The position numbers and the translations under genes are program-made. Under the pieces are notes generated by a model that was given only the letters and a program-made list of their open reading frames with translations, was not told the DNA's origin and did not search any database. From Ptychomitrium polyphyllum (Eukaryota): 64,000 bases of DNA. The stretch covers positions 10,106,001-10,170,000 of the forward strand of contig OZ316776.1 of the NCBI GenBank assembly GCA_973851085.1, in the 5' to 3' direction. Numbering within the stretch: position 1 is the first letter of the stretch; the number at the start of each line of letters is the position of its first letter. Below are positions 45,162-59,883 of the stretch, in pieces.

Positions 45162-48100
45162 TTATCTACTCATTCCCCCTGCCGAGTACTTTAGGTTGTA
45201 GTACCGCAACCATTCAGGACCTCTCTCCTCGTAATCAGCTTTAGTGAAGGAGTATTTCTCAAACGACTTCGAGGCAAAAGTAGATGCACCATGCCAAGTG
45301 TCCAATAAAGGATTAAGTGCTCTAACTACTTTAATGTTAGAGCCTAGAGGTCTGGTTTTCCGGATTTCAGCAACCATTCGCCGATCTAGTCCGTCAAAGA
45401 GTGAGCTGCCTCCAGAGAGAAGAATCGACCCATTCATAACTTGGTCTCGATACTGTGGTGGCAAGCGCCTGAGAGCAGAAGCAACGGCTTCGCCCAGACC
45501 TGCCCGATCGATTCCACTCATAGCTGGTTGCATTACGATTTCTGGACATCGAAATCTTTCAACACCTAAGGAAATCCGGAAATCTTCAGCAGTAAGAGGT
45601 CGCTGTTGCTGGAAATCTAGAGATGAACCCTGTCCATTGCCCGAGTTGGAGACTGTTGATGGTACGAACGTAGGGTCCAGCTCCTGCGAGGACATCAGAC
45701 CAGGCATTATAAGAAACACAGTGTCTCAGAAAAATCTCCCATGACTCTACATAGAACAAAGTTCACTTTGCAAAAGCGTGACTTCGAGCACAGGTTAACC
45801 ACAATACCTTCAGTCGATTAGTGAGCCAGGCAAGCTCGGCGTCTTGTTCATCATCTTCGTCAAGATCATCTGCATCTTTGCTCATGCGTTTATACAGTTG
45901 CCAATCTTCATCATTCATACCAAAAGTATCCTCTTCTTTTCCTCTATCAAATGCTGCGGTAGTCAGCAGTTTCATACGTTCTTTCTGGGATTGATTCAAC
46001 CTCTCTCCACGGCCACCAGCTCCAGAGGTTAATGTTGGCACATTTGCACCTCCGGACCCAGCACCTACAGTAAATCGAAGTAAATAAGGTTTAATGCACA
46101 AACTTTGAATCCGTGAAAACTTTAAGATTCAATCGGCAGTAATTTTCATTCGGAACAATTCAAAGTGAATCCAAAAATTCCTAAAGAGAATTTGGCCTCT
46201 CAAGACTAAGCAACAACAAACCAGAATATCAATGAAATATTTACCTGTCTTTTGCCGCTTGCGTTGTTCTACCTTGATTGCCTGCTCAGCTTGTCTGGCT
46301 CGCAATTCCTCTAAATACAGCTCCGGATTTGCACTATTGAGAGGGAGTCATACAAGCATAATAAACCAATCAACAGATATGAACAATCATCCAGAGCAGT
46401 AAAAAATAAGTCCAACATTTTTGGTGGGTTTATCATTGTCGAATGAGGGACTTCAGTGTACATCAGAAGTTCTGACCCTTCGATACACCTTTCATCGAAA
46501 AGTCGAAGAAGGACTGTATTGTAAATCAATTATTTCCTGCTCCAGCACAAAACTGGTGGAATTAAATAGTTGAAGAGTAGAAAAAGTGGAGACGCTTACA
46601 GACGGCGTTCCTCTTCCAACTGTTGTTCACGTTCACGCTGTAAATTCAGTTCGTCCCTTTTCTGTTTAGCACGAATACGGCCCTCTGTAGTCATCTTCAA
46701 GAACTTTTGTTTCTTCTTCTCCTTTAGCTGCTCATATCCACACAGTCACCACATAAGAGACATAAAAGCCATCAAATTTTATATCTTACAATAACCAACT
46801 TGGCCAACAATATATAAAGGCGCAACACTTCTGATGCCAGTAATGAAGTACAGGTTCACTTCTTGACATCCTGAAAACCACCCTGTACCTAATTACAAGA
46901 GGGAGAATGATAAACAAACGAAGCCCTACTTATAAATAAATACAACTTGTGACTTTACCTGCTCTGCTGTAAGTTGATTGTCTGGGATTTCAAGCAAGGG
47001 GTATCTTTTTGACAAAGGAATCATATCTTCCTCTACTGATTTAATCTCCGCAGGTTGTCCCTTGGCTTTCCGCAGTGAAGCTGTGACTTTTGTGAGCGCA
47101 GCCTGCACCTCAGCTCTGGAATTATAGCCAGATGGTAAAAGAATAGAGGTTTCTTGCTTTTCATCTTCTGCATCGTCTAGCTCCTGAAAAAACGAACAAT
47201 GTATCGATAAGACAAAAAAGTAAATTCCAGGTGAACAATGACTATCAAGAAGGTTATATTTAAAATAGTCTATCTGTCCATACGAAATCCTACATTTCTA
47301 GGCTCTCAAACAGCCTAGAGTTCCGGCCGTCCATGTCCAGAGATGGCTTTTCATCATTGTTACCAGGTTGACACCAGCAAGAAGTATCTGCAGAAAATAT
47401 AAAGTCTCCAATTCACTGAAGTTGAACCTGCATGACTACTCTTCTATTGCAAACCTGTAGCAAATACTCTAGTCCTTGAACATTTGCCTCCAAGTCAGCA
47501 ATTTTGGATTCACGTTTGGCGTTGGCCATATCACGCAATCGCTGGCCCTGCTTCTCTTTAATAGCTGCCTTCCTTGCAAGTTCCTCCTCAGACTGTTCTG
47601 GTTTTTGTACTGGTGGTATGAACGGTAGTTGCCAATATCTTGTCTTGGCCTCAGCATCTGGACCGCCATTCTGCATCATACGTCATGGATGGCATCAGGA
47701 ATTCACACAATTTTGCTTTTTTTCCGCCAAAGCATAATTTTATCAAGCATATCAACCCCTGTCATGTTGCTCATGAGGAATTCAGACTCGACAATACTTG
47801 CTCACGAGTCAAATTTTTCCCAAAAAAAAACGGAAGTAAGCTCGTGCTGTACCAAACATCCTTCCACTACATTGCAAACCTAAAACATTTGGAAGAAGCA
47901 TGAACCAGAATTTGAATTTGAATATGAACTTGACATAGGGAACTTCATGACATCCCAGCTATAATTTATGAAACACAGCTTTTCACCCCATTTATGTGTA
48001 AAATTGTCGATGCAAACTCATGAATTGATAGCAGGGTTTCAACAAATAAATCTATAACCTTTAAACAGCATAAGAAAGATTTTACGAGTCAGCTGACGCA

Positions 48101-50418
48101 CGTGAGCAGCGACAAAACAATAAACAAGCACCTACTACTGACAGCAAATAAAACTTAGCCACCAACTATCATGAAGGAATCAACACCTCAAAAAGGCTCA
48201 GCTCCTGATGATAGTCTTCAGCAATATAGCAGTGCTCTTGCTTCAACTCTTCCGCCTTCTCCCAAGTAATGCTGTTCCTGCATATCACAACCAAAAAGAG
48301 TCAACAGATACCATGATTCTTGACTGCATAGGAGGACATACTAACAATTTCATGGAGGCAGTTCGAGAGCATGAAAAGAACCCATAAACAAAACATATTC
48401 CAAACCTAGCAGGTGAAACAAGAACCTACCCAAGTTTAGCAAAGGCTTATAATTTATATAAGATGCTCGCATGTGCATCTCATGTCCACAGAAACAAACT
48501 AACTGATTAGATTCAAAGAGAATATGTAATATCATCTGTTTGTAAACTTATTCTTTTTTTTGCTTTCTTTAAATTTTTTTTAAAAACAGTGTGCATATTT
48601 GCTTACACATGATAAGGGTACTGTAATGACAGCAGACGCTTCAAGTAGCTTGTCACCTGAAAGCCCCCCACTGGGGTTCTGCAAGCAGCCTCCAATACTG
48701 GTTCCCCTGCTACAATCTATTGCATACAGCAGCTTATCAGAAGTTGAAAAAATTAAGCACATTTTAACAAATGTCCGTCGTTCACATATTGGCTAGCGGG
48801 AAAACCAGACTAAGATTGTAGATTCTCGCCATATTAATGATAAATCGCTACCGGGATGACATGAGTTGTCTGATGTCCTATGTTGACAAGTAACCCGTCA
48901 CGTTCGCATACACCCAGCTTCTGGTTATGAGCATATCCAAACACTCCGTCTATGCCAAAAGCTGCCAATAGTAATTACCACAGCGACTGAATTCAGAATT
49001 TATTTCAACTTCCAAAAATAGAACATGAAATGAAGAGAAACGAGCCTGCAAAACGGAGCAGCAACAAGACGAGGAAAGGACTCCAAGTGTTCACATTAGT
49101 CTAAGCCCAACTGATACATCAGCATGAGAAACAAAAGCTGATTATGAGGACATGGGAACAAGGCGACCTCAACAAGGCGACTAACAGAAACAACTTACCA
49201 AGTGAGGGAACACCATAGGTTTCAAAAAGAAGTTCGGCCATGCGGTTTCGAGAGGATAGAGGGTTGCAAGCGCCCTCTGTTAGCAGAATTGGATGCTCAA
49301 TCTGCCCTACCAGCCAATTTCCATCCCAAATGTAGCGTCAAATCTTCGGCAGATAAACGCAGTCTCATAAGGTAGGGGAAAGTTGGGGGGGGGGGGAGAA
49401 GAAAAGAAAAAGAAACCTAATAAACAAGAAAAATGTCAGAGAAAAGTGCTGCAATTACCCCAGCTGCATCACAGCCCATCCGGTCGAAGGCGTAATCAAG
49501 AATCTGCATTGAAGACATAATTACGCAGAGTTTAGGGCCACACGATAGAATAGAAATAATCCCAGCAAACAACCGTTCAACATGAAATCCGACAAAAGGT
49601 GAAGAACCAAGGCACGCCAGAATATAGCTCGTGCTCACATATACGTATACAATGGTTCAATTACGAAATTAGGTATAGAAAAAGGGAGATCGATGGAACT
49701 TACACACTCCATGGTCTCGAACTGGTACACAACATTTCCATCAAACGCGCTGCGGATAGAGGATCGCGTGAAGTCGAACAGCTTGACAAAGCTAGGATCA
49801 AACTCTCCGACAAGACTCACCAATTCACCTGCCACCCACGTTTCCTGTGAGAAAAGTAATACACCGCCACAAATCCGTAACATGACCCTTCTACCCTAGG
49901 AAAAAAGGAGTGGATTGAACAACAAATCTCTAAACTCTAAAACTTTCAAAAAATCCAATACATACGCATCATCCTCCTAAATCGTGAGATCCCAGTCATA
50001 GAAGAAAAATGAACTCATCTCTCACGCCAAATCGTACCAGACGCCCGCTGTCGGGGTTTGTTGAGAATGTTCCGAAACGATAGCCGAGGCTCCTCCTCTC
50101 CGGCCCATCTACGCTCCAACACGTAAATCACATCAGACCTCTCACAAAACGACCATCTTTCATCAAACCAGGAAACACTTCCACTTCAATCACAACACCA
50201 ACTTTCCACCATACATCACATACACAGGGTTTAGGGTTTAGCAAAAAGAAACGCGAAACGCGACACGGGTTCGAAATGACAACACCAGCATGAACAGAAG
50301 CCCGAACCCCATACCCGACGCGGCAATGGTAAGCTCCGTTGTCGATGACCATGGGACAGTGCAGCGGAACGGCGCCGTAATCCCCCTGGCGCCCTGGCCG
50401 AACCACCTGCGACGGCAT
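45162..50418 (-). CDS. ARP5: Actin-related protein 5 (INO80 complex subunit), multi-exon
   Basis: PMVIDNGAYHCRVGWAGE..PR..FRN, VVYQFETME, LLSLQYPYH, charged insertion KEKQGQRLRDMANAKRESK, EEDTFGMNDEDWQLYKRM, LGVERFRCPEI, LLSGGSSLFDG, DTWHGAS. Confidence 0.96.
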
Positions 50419-51648
50419 TGCTGCAGCTATCGCTACTCCCGCGACGACATCACATACTCGACCATCGCTACCGCTTCAAGCCTCACCACGGCTAGCTGCC
50501 ATCCTTGATGAACAAGCGCCCTCAGCGCGCCATCCCCACAGCCCCCGAAGCTCCCCCGCCTCAAGCAAACCAGAAACACTACGCAACGCCACAAAACGCA
50601 AAGCCTTCCTCGCCCTTGCCTGCCCTCCTGTCTCCCTCGCAGCCTTCCTGCCTTCCTGCCTTCCTGCCTTCCTTGCTATCCTGCTACCTTGCTAGCTTGC
50701 TGGGTGGCCTGTGCGCTTGCTGGCTTGGGCGACAATTTGTTTGGTGGTGTGCATGCTCTGTTGTGAATTTCAAACGTTAGTGAAATATAAATAAAAAAGA
50801 GGCACATACTGGTTAAGTATCGTCTTCAACTTGTAAGTGCTCCATGAACAATGCAAGTAACAAGTGTGACACTTGATGAATAGGGGATATGCCAGCTTGA
50901 CAACATAAGGCTCATCTCCAAAGTTATAATTTTATCAAAAATGATGGTGTTGAAGTTCTATGGATATAAGTAAAATGGATGTTGGCTATTAGGTAGCATG
51001 TTTAGTAGAAATGGACGTTGGCTCCTCTACACATTGAAAGGTCGGAATTTTTAAGAAAAAACTTTAGTTTGAAAAAAATGTATCTTTCATTTTGTTATAA
51101 TGGCTGCTCTCACATTTTCATGATCAATTATTCAAATCAATTTAATTTCACACAAGGTTAATCAATTGTTTTTACAAAGAAAAAATTCACAATTCTATGA
51201 GTGTGGCAACGGTTCTACTCAATATTCATTGTGTTCCTCTCCTTTGCCTCTCTTTCATGTTTCATTAAACTTGTGCATTTGCCTCCTAAACATTTATCCT
51301 ATTTCATTCATCCATAGTCAAACACCAACCTTGTTTTTGCTATCCGTTCATCCAATTCATTATCATGTTTGCCTTTATGATTTGCGGTCATGTACTTCAC
51401 ATTAATGTTTGAGTGTCTCCACCAATGTTGTCATCCTACAAACAAATAAATAGACACCAATAATCTTACACTAACTATAATAATTCTCTTAAGAATTTAG
51501 GCCAAATACCTCACAAACTATGAAAGATGCATGTGAAATTAGGGCCTCTTCTCAGCTCAATGAAGAGACAGCAATAATCAGTCAACCATACTGACTACCA
51601 TTCTTAGGTGAAGCTATTCTGCAGGACCTGGAAAGCCTTGTTTTCATT

Positions 51649-52923
51649 TTACATAGAGATGTTGGTGTAATACTTCCCCAAACAACCATTATTGTTTCCT
51701 TCAGAGCCACCAGATAAGAGATAAGTACCTACTGAATGGCGATATCATAGCAAAGGGGGTCGTGATGGTTCCGTTGCTGCTTGAAAACTGATGACGTTGC
51801 ATCGAAGTAATTCCCAACTGCATTTGTAAATGAAATATTCCTCTGATACGCATTCACAGGGTAACCATCAATGGGAAATGCACCTGAGCCCATTGCAGTC
51901 TGTGAATGGGCTACAGCGTTAGCTTCCTTGAAAAAGACGATTTCACCTCCCCATTGCACCACGTTAGCACTGCCCTTCAGTCTACCATCGAAAATGGATG
52001 CAGGCCTATATTCAACAGGAGCATTGTTCACATACAACCACCACAACAGTTGAGTTCGATCATACAACACCTCAATTTCCACTTCAAGCTCCCGTCGCCC
52101 ATTGTCAGCAAGGGTGGTACATAGGGCATGGCTTCTCCAATGGCCCATTTGGGGTCATATTGGACAAACCCTGGGCGCTCAAGAATAAAGCATCCTGATT
52201 AACTGTAAGCATTGTTTATCCAGAAGATAAACAAATGCGGAGCAAAAGGCTTATTGTTTGGATGCATCAAAGGATATGTCTGCCAGCCAACTTCAATTAT
52301 GCTCAAAGTGTCATCATTCCAGTGACCATTAATAATCCACAAATGCTAAAGGCAAAAACCATATCTAGGAGCTTCTAGAGCAGGCTCATTGACACTGAAA
52401 ACAGCCTATGCTCCTGAGTAAAATTGGGGTGATTATGGTAAACTTGTTATAGCATACTCGTTCGTCTCCCTTGGAGCTGTACCTGCGCCAGCAACTTTGG
52501 TAGTGTTGATGTGATACTTTATGAGAAAAGGAATGGAGCCTTGAGGGCAGCCACCATGTTCTCTTGCAAAGAGTTGGGAACGTAGTTGCGAACTTTGTCC
52601 ATGACGAGATTTACAAGTGAAGAAGATGGTCCCATTTATATCTTGTGGCCCTTGAGGGCTGGATGGTGGGCTGCAATTAGTCCTTCAATAGGGACGCAAT
52701 CTACCAAACTGACACCTGAAACGAGGAAAGATTTTACAAGCGGAGCGTGCCCAAAGTAGTGTTGGCAGTGTATGCTTGGAGTCGTTTTTGATGTGAAGCT
52801 TGTTGCTGCATCTCCCGACTTGCTTCTATTGAGCCAACATCTGACGAGCAGCTGAATACATGTAAAGGTCCAAAATTTCCATGGCACTAGAAGAAATAAT
52901 GAAGGCGCTGGTTGAGAATCCAT
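51649..52923 (-). pseudogene. Neprosin (activation peptide + neprosin peptidase domain) pseudogene, apparently intronless
   Basis: LVDCVPIEG..HHPALKGHKI*, GCPQGSIP, NEYA, HLWII..IIEVGWQ, FIFW..SGCF..PGFVQ, WWLYV, VQWGGEI, TAMGSGAFP. In-frame stops at 52636, 52433, 52406, 52346 and 52199, plus frameshifts. Confidence 0.88.
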
Positions 52924-53348
52924 TTGTCTGTACCACATTCAACTATTACAAATAAAGGAATAATCAACTCGAACACAAACAAAAGAAAGCTCCCAAGGTC
53001 TGATTATTTTCTAGATCATCTTGCCAGTTAGGCTCACACAAAGTGAAAGGGCATATTAAAAAATAGCGTGAAGGCTGGTAATCAATTCAAAAGCATGTGT
53101 TGTCATAGTCCTTTCATCCTCTCCAAATCTCCATTACATGTGAAGTCTTAGTATACAGCAAGTCTCCAAATCTTTACATGCATGGTTCACGTTCATCCCA
53201 CGAACCAGCCCTGAATCTTTAAAATTCTTTGATCTCCAAGTGCAGGTTTCAAATCGCTTTTCTTTTCTCTAAAGAAAGTAGCAGAGTGACCCCAGGTTGC
53301 GTTAAGAGGAATTTTCAAGGCCGAAACTCGTCAGCAGATACTATGTGT

Positions 53349-56300
53349 TCAAGTGGGTGGTATTTGCACATCACGAAGAAGTCTTGCTGCCATTGACCCC
53401 ACTCTACCCGCCTGCCAACGTTCACTAATAGAAGCCTGAGTCCCATCAGCATCAGCTTCATCAGGCTCGAGACTGCTTACAGACGGTTCTTGTGAACCTG
53501 GGCATTCTTGCTCAGCTAATGACTTGTTCTCTTCTTGTGCTAGAGCGTCTGGTCGAATTAAACTGGAGGAAAGCATCAAAAGGTAGCAATAGGACACAAA
53601 GATTCAGAAATCTGAAACAAAAACCAACCCTAGACTGCACGAGATTAGTACAGTTTCTCTTTATGCGCCGATTACATAAATTGATCGTAAGGAAAAACCA
53701 CAAATTCCCAACCTTCATATACAGCTTGCACTCTATGAGAATCATTGCTGACTAATCAAATGATCTGTCAATCTTCACGTTTAAACATGATTGGGAACAT
53801 AATGCAGAAACAATATTCAGATATCAGACAATAAGACCAAAGGAAGAGACTGCACCGCATGATATAAAGGTCGATATTGCTGTGCTGAAACTTTGTGTCC
53901 ATCTGCAGTTGTATGTTTCAAGTTCAGTAAAGATGAAAGTCTATCGAAAGGACTGTCGTAGCCATAATAGAGTGTGTTTGTTACTCCAATGATGGGATGG
54001 CGTACGAAGCAAAGGCTGCTCTGTGCTGATTAAAACGAATTCTAGTATTACATCAATTAAAACAAACAAAATGAGCATTCGAAACAAGGTGTTAATGAAG
54101 CAACTCCGACGACCTTAATATAAAACCCGATTATGTGCAATAATCTGATGTCGACAAACTATTATCAAAACCATTCAGACTATCATTCAGATTTGAGGAC
54201 AAGGCAGAGGATTATTGCTAAAAGTATTTCACACTGTCACGAGAACCTCCTGCTTAATACAAAATATAATTAGCCTGTTTATAAGGACTAAGCGTATCCT
54301 TAGTGACTGACCTTTGAATGAGTAATCTTCTTAATCGTAAAATGTCGCGAAAATAGCTCCTGAAGCTTTTCTTTCACTCCACTATCCCGAAACTCGTAGC
54401 CCAACTGTGAATATCACAGTTTCACTAAGAGTTGAAGACCAAGTTGTAAAAAGGTGGTAACATTGCATGTCAAATAAGTTCAAAACGTCTAGAGATTAAA
54501 CCAGAAAAAATTAGGTGCATACCAGCAGTGTTGTCTTAGGACCTGCAAGAGCTAATACCGATTCAAGCAGAGGCGGCAACAGATGCTCCTTATACACCTT
54601 CGTACAACAAGAGATCGTTATAGCATATTCTTTATCTGCGCACATCCATCTTCTATATATAAAACACAGACGAAGCTCCATGACATGCTCTAAATATGGA
54701 AAGCAGACGCAATAGGACAACAGCTTACTACGTCTGTGCCGATGATGTAGTCAAACGGAGGATTCAAAGCCTCAGCTTGTTGCTGGTTACCCCAGTCAAG
54801 TTCAGCTACCTCCACTGACCCAATTAGTCCTGCACACATCAATCAAGAGATGTGAAAGTCTGCAGTAAGTTGAGCATTTGATTTACCGTGTATAATAAAA
54901 ACTGCAATTCTTCAACTAACAGGCAATTCAAAACTACGTAAGCAAGTATTGAATGATACCAAAATGAGAACATTCCAAAGCAGAATATTTAGCCCGGATC
55001 ATATTTCTTTCCATGTTCCTTCGTAGTAATGGCACCACTTCTGCCTGGTCGGTCACTACCACTTCACACCCCAGTAACGCCATCCCTGCCATACATAATC
55101 CAACTCATGATCCATACGAATGTTATTACCTGCAGATGTGTTTTGGACTCATCATCATACATGACTAGAAGGACAAGTTCGACCGACCTAATCCTGATAA
55201 ACCGCAGCCAGCTCCAAGCTCTACAACGCGCTTCTTATGAAGCTTAGCTCTGCTGAACTCGCCCTTCTTGCTATTTTTTTCCTGCAATAGCCCAATCTTG
55301 ATATTCAAATGCATCCATATACACGAAGAACATTGATGCTGCCATTTCCAAACATTGTAACTGAATTTTTCACAGCATTCTGAACATGAATTGGAACACA
55401 GAAGGCAACTATCATAAATAGTTTAGGACTTTCAAAAGTGCACAATGTGCATTGTGCACTGCAAGTGCATTCTCCACCATGACAATAAGACAGTGATGCA
55501 AATGTTACCAGGTACTTGACAAACACGATCGAGGAGTCCCATATTGTGGTTCCATGATGCTGGGAATTAGGGTCCTGCACAAGCAAGCATCAGGTTCAAA
55601 ATGGACACTCTAGCTAAGCTGCACTAGACCTCTTCAGAAGAAAAACCATGACTACGTTCAGGTTGTGCATAGATCTAATTCCAAGTGGTCCCTTACAGAG
55701 AAACTTCCACCGATATGATTAATAGCTCAAAACACAGAGGAAGATAGAGTTAACAGTTTCATGCTGAGGGTCGACGTTCATGGCGCAAGAAAATTGACCA
55801 TCAAACCGGTACGGGCAACACTGTGGTTCTCTTTTTCTACCAATGGAAACGTCCAAATTTTCAGGAAAACTAGAGGAATTAACAGAAATGTACATGTCAT
55901 ATCACTCTAGAATTCTGCAAATACTTGACAGACCAGGCATTCTGAAAATCTTTCATCAATCCATTACAGAATAAAAGTGCCTAATGTACGAATAAGTGTA
56001 CAGCTCCGGATGCAGTTCACTAGGTTTATTACGCAGGGTCTGAAGGTAAGAGTTACATGACACACCTGAGAAAGAGAAAGCTTGTGGCCCAAGACTTCCA
56101 GCTCAACTTTGCATGTTTGAGGGGTATTGAATCTGTAAACATCATTCACAAGTCATAAAGAACACCATACAGACGCACTTGGTCTTACAGAAATTCAATA
56201 CACTTGCACCACCTACAAGACCACGAGCATCAGTGAAAGACAGAACTCAAGTTTAAGCATTAGGCCTTAGGAATTAGGTCAGAAGGATTAGCAACATTCT

Positions 56301-56519
56301 TGCACACCTAGAACGCAACACACAGTACTACAACACGGCGCAAACAATGCTATTCCCATTTCGTATACCAACACTCCGAAAATGCAGCAACTCTCACAAA
56401 CTTCACTACAATCCTATGTATGACATGCCATAACATATGACAGGACATGACACGACAGAAGAAAATCAACCATCAAGCTGAGAGGCAAGAGTGAGGACAA
56501 GAACTCACACATCCTCCAT
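53349..56519 (-). CDS. METTL21-like SAM-dependent protein-lysine methyltransferase (Methyltransf_16 family), multi-exon
   Basis: MEDV|FNTPQTCKVELEVLGHKLSLSQ|DPNSQHHGTTIWDSSIVFVKYL|..KRVVELGAGCGLSGL|GMALLGCEVVVTDQ..|ELDWGN..PPFDYIIGTDV|VYKEHLL..|LGYEFR..; C-terminus WQAGRVGSMAARLLRDV. Confidence 0.92.
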
Positions 56520-59500
56520 GGCGACTGTTCATCCGATTCTCCTCTCTCCGAATTCGCAGCAGTCCCTAGTTTGATCGCTCGACAGAGTGGCTAGGAGCTT
56601 CCGCATAAGCCCCAGCCTTTAAATCCTAATTCTGCCGCCACCATCATCCACGCCGATATGTATATGCTTCCCCTCCGGTGCTCTGGCCCAAGCAAAAAGG
56701 GAATCCAGATGCCCTGACTCACCGCCGGAGTCTGTTGGCTGCTCGAGCTGGTTGCTTGCGCCATCAACTCCTTCCCTCTCTTCAGAAACACGCTGCAACA
56801 ATCCTCCTGTTGTTTACGTCCATGCAGCGGAGTGACTGCGGAGTGACTGCGAAGTGACATGCATTCATCGCCGAACCAGAACCCTAATATATCGTTACAT
56901 GACTCTAGAGGTTTCGTGAGTTGACGAACTCATTTCTTTTTCTCTTCTTTTACGAAAGTGCAGCATCTTTACCACCGTGCTAGCATCCTGTCAAGCAAGG
57001 TGGGTATCCCAAAGCATGGCGCCTTCACCACCTTGGGTACCACTTTGGAATATTCCCATTTGTTAGGACCATCTTGTTTTGAGTTTCATAATGTTCTTCA
57101 GCATAACATTCTAGAAGCAATCTTGGGACGGTCCTTCATAAAAATCTATATGTTTTGCTTAAATCTTTGGATATAGCCCATTTGTAAGGTATGGTTCAAT
57201 AAGTTCTAAATTTGGATTTTTAATTTGTTTTGTGAATGAAAGTCCCATCCTAGTATTATAACTGGTCATGAATAACTCGTTATTATCTTTGGAAAGTGGA
57301 AAATCAACAATATATGCTAGTGAAGGCATGTAGTAGTGAATGTGCAACATAATTCATACTTTAATTTGTATATATATGAATTTGATGTCTTTACATACAA
57401 ATTTTTTTAATGTTCATTTGAACAAAGTTTTTATAATTAATTGTATCTTTGTATGATAGAATTGTTATTTAAAAAAAAGTTGTTTAGAACGTTGTTAAAG
57501 GATGTTATATATTATTCAATTGTCTATTCATTTTTTGTTCAAATTCCATCCCACTTTTTATTTGGATGGTCATTCATCTTTTAATTATACAAAGTTAACT
57601 AATAGATTTTTCAATAATATATTTGCAAATTTTTACATTTATGCATATAGAAATCACAAAAAAATTATAATTTATATGATATAATAAAGTCTCAAAAATA
57701 ATATTCTTCATTTGAATGTTTAAAAACCATGTATGGTGCATCAATCTTTTAATGCACTCTTACAAATGCATTTTAACTTATTAATATTATTAATTATTAA
57801 TTACTTTGGTACAAACAAAAAATTAGATTTTTGAAATTTGATTCTAAATTATCTACAAAGAAAAGTGTATTTTAAGACAGATTTTGATAGTTTCTAATTG
57901 TTTGATTTTATTTTTAGAAAGATGTAAAATTTTCTAAAAAATACATTTTGAACCATTTTTTCATATTAGCATACAAACGCAAGTTGTAATGATGACTTTT
58001 GAATAATATTTGTTGAATTTGATCAATGTCATCATCAAAAATTACACTGAAGTAAATGTTAACATCCAAAATTGAATTGGATTCATCTGCTTTTGCAAAG
58101 TTTATCTTACAACTACATCATGAATATTATTATAATCTTTTATTTTATAATTTTTTAAATTATTGGCTAAAATCATACAAATAAAAACATTGACTAAATG
58201 AAAATAGTTTCAAAATAATAAGTTATTCTTCAATTGCTTCTAAGAATATATCCAAAATAATTCTATTAAACAAAAATAATGTTTGTATAAATACTTTCTC
58301 CACAAGGAGAACCAAATAATCTAATCAATCATAATTAAAATTAAGCTAAAAATATTGTACACATTTATAACATTAATAAACTTTCAAACTTAAACCCCAT
58401 ATTCTAATTTAAAAATACTTAATTATCTTTTTACAATCTTAACCATGCAATAGTTTTCCTAATTAAAATGCTATAAACTTTTTATTGGCATTGCAAGCCA
58501 AAAAGGTTAATATAGCCACATTTTATAATATATGTACAATGTATTTAAAACTTCAAGTGTTTAAAAGTTCAAATTCCATATTTTTCCATAAAAATCATAC
58601 TAACATGTTGATTTCATACAAATTTTATATTATTGTTTACTATTGTTATATACAATTCATGTGAAAATTTGTATAATTTCTATCATATTGGATTCCGTAC
58701 GACCTGCACATGAGATTTTCATAAGTGGCAAAATTGAATGCCTAAGCTCAATATTATGGGATCCAAAAAGTGCAACATAGCCATGCAATGAAGCCAAATA
58801 TCATTAGAAGCAAGATATGAGGAAAAGTCAAGAAAGAAAATGAAAGAAATAATAATTGTAATAATATCACAATTAAAAAAAATGTTAAAAAAAAAAATTG
58901 AAGTGAAAATTGAGAAGCAATATACTGACAGTAAAAATTCAATCATTTGCATTCAAAAATTATTGTTTATAGTTTATAAACATAGAGTAAGAATATTCTA
59001 TAGCTTATACAACAATATAACATCTTTATTTAATTTTATCATCCTTTCATTCTTCTATATATATGTCTTTATATTCCTTTTTATTATTTTCATCTACCTT
59101 TATGCTTCTATCTCCATGTTTTCTTGATTCCTTACTTTTACATGCCGCTTATTTTTTTCTTCTATTAATAATTAATTCTAAATTTCTATTTAATTTTTTT
59201 TATATTCACCAATTAATTTTTAAAGTTTTAACTTTGTATTTTTAATAATCATTAAATCCACTAACTTCTTTATTTTTTATCCTTTATCAATAATTTTCTT
59301 CATAATTATTTCCATATCTATATCCACCTTTATCCTTTATTCCAAAGCTTCTTTAAATCTAATTTTGTATTTTTTTTATCAATTTGTTTATCATTTATCA
59401 AAATCTATTTAGATTTTTATATAATTTATAATTTTTGAAAATAATATTGTACCAATTGCATTCTTTCACATAGAAATAAGCATCATTTTTTATGAATAAT

Positions 59501-59883
59501 TATTCAAAAGTCTTAACTTGCACAATCCATTTTATAAATGTATTATTTGAAATTGTAAATATTTATATAATTTTTAATTGTAAAAATAATCATAGTTATT
59601 AATTTAATATATACAACAATGTATGCAAGAGAAATGCACTTGCTAAAGAATAAATAGAAGTTATAAAAGACATTAGAATTATAAGCTTAGTATCCTTAAT
59701 CAACACTATAGTCTAACGTCATTAAAACAACATTCAATTATATAACAACTTCTACTATACAACATATTTTTGCACAATCAAATTATCTAGTTCAAAATTC
59801 CTCCTATAATACAATTATGACACATTATTATATAACAATCAAAACTCTCCATTTGTCATATCATAGAAGTAATTAATACCTAA

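Noticed and set aside
57300..59880. Very AT-rich tract with low-complexity ORFs (also 1-1600 and 25500-26800)
   Set aside because: The ORFs reflect composition bias. Probably old methylation-decayed TE DNA, but no diagnostic motif could be read.
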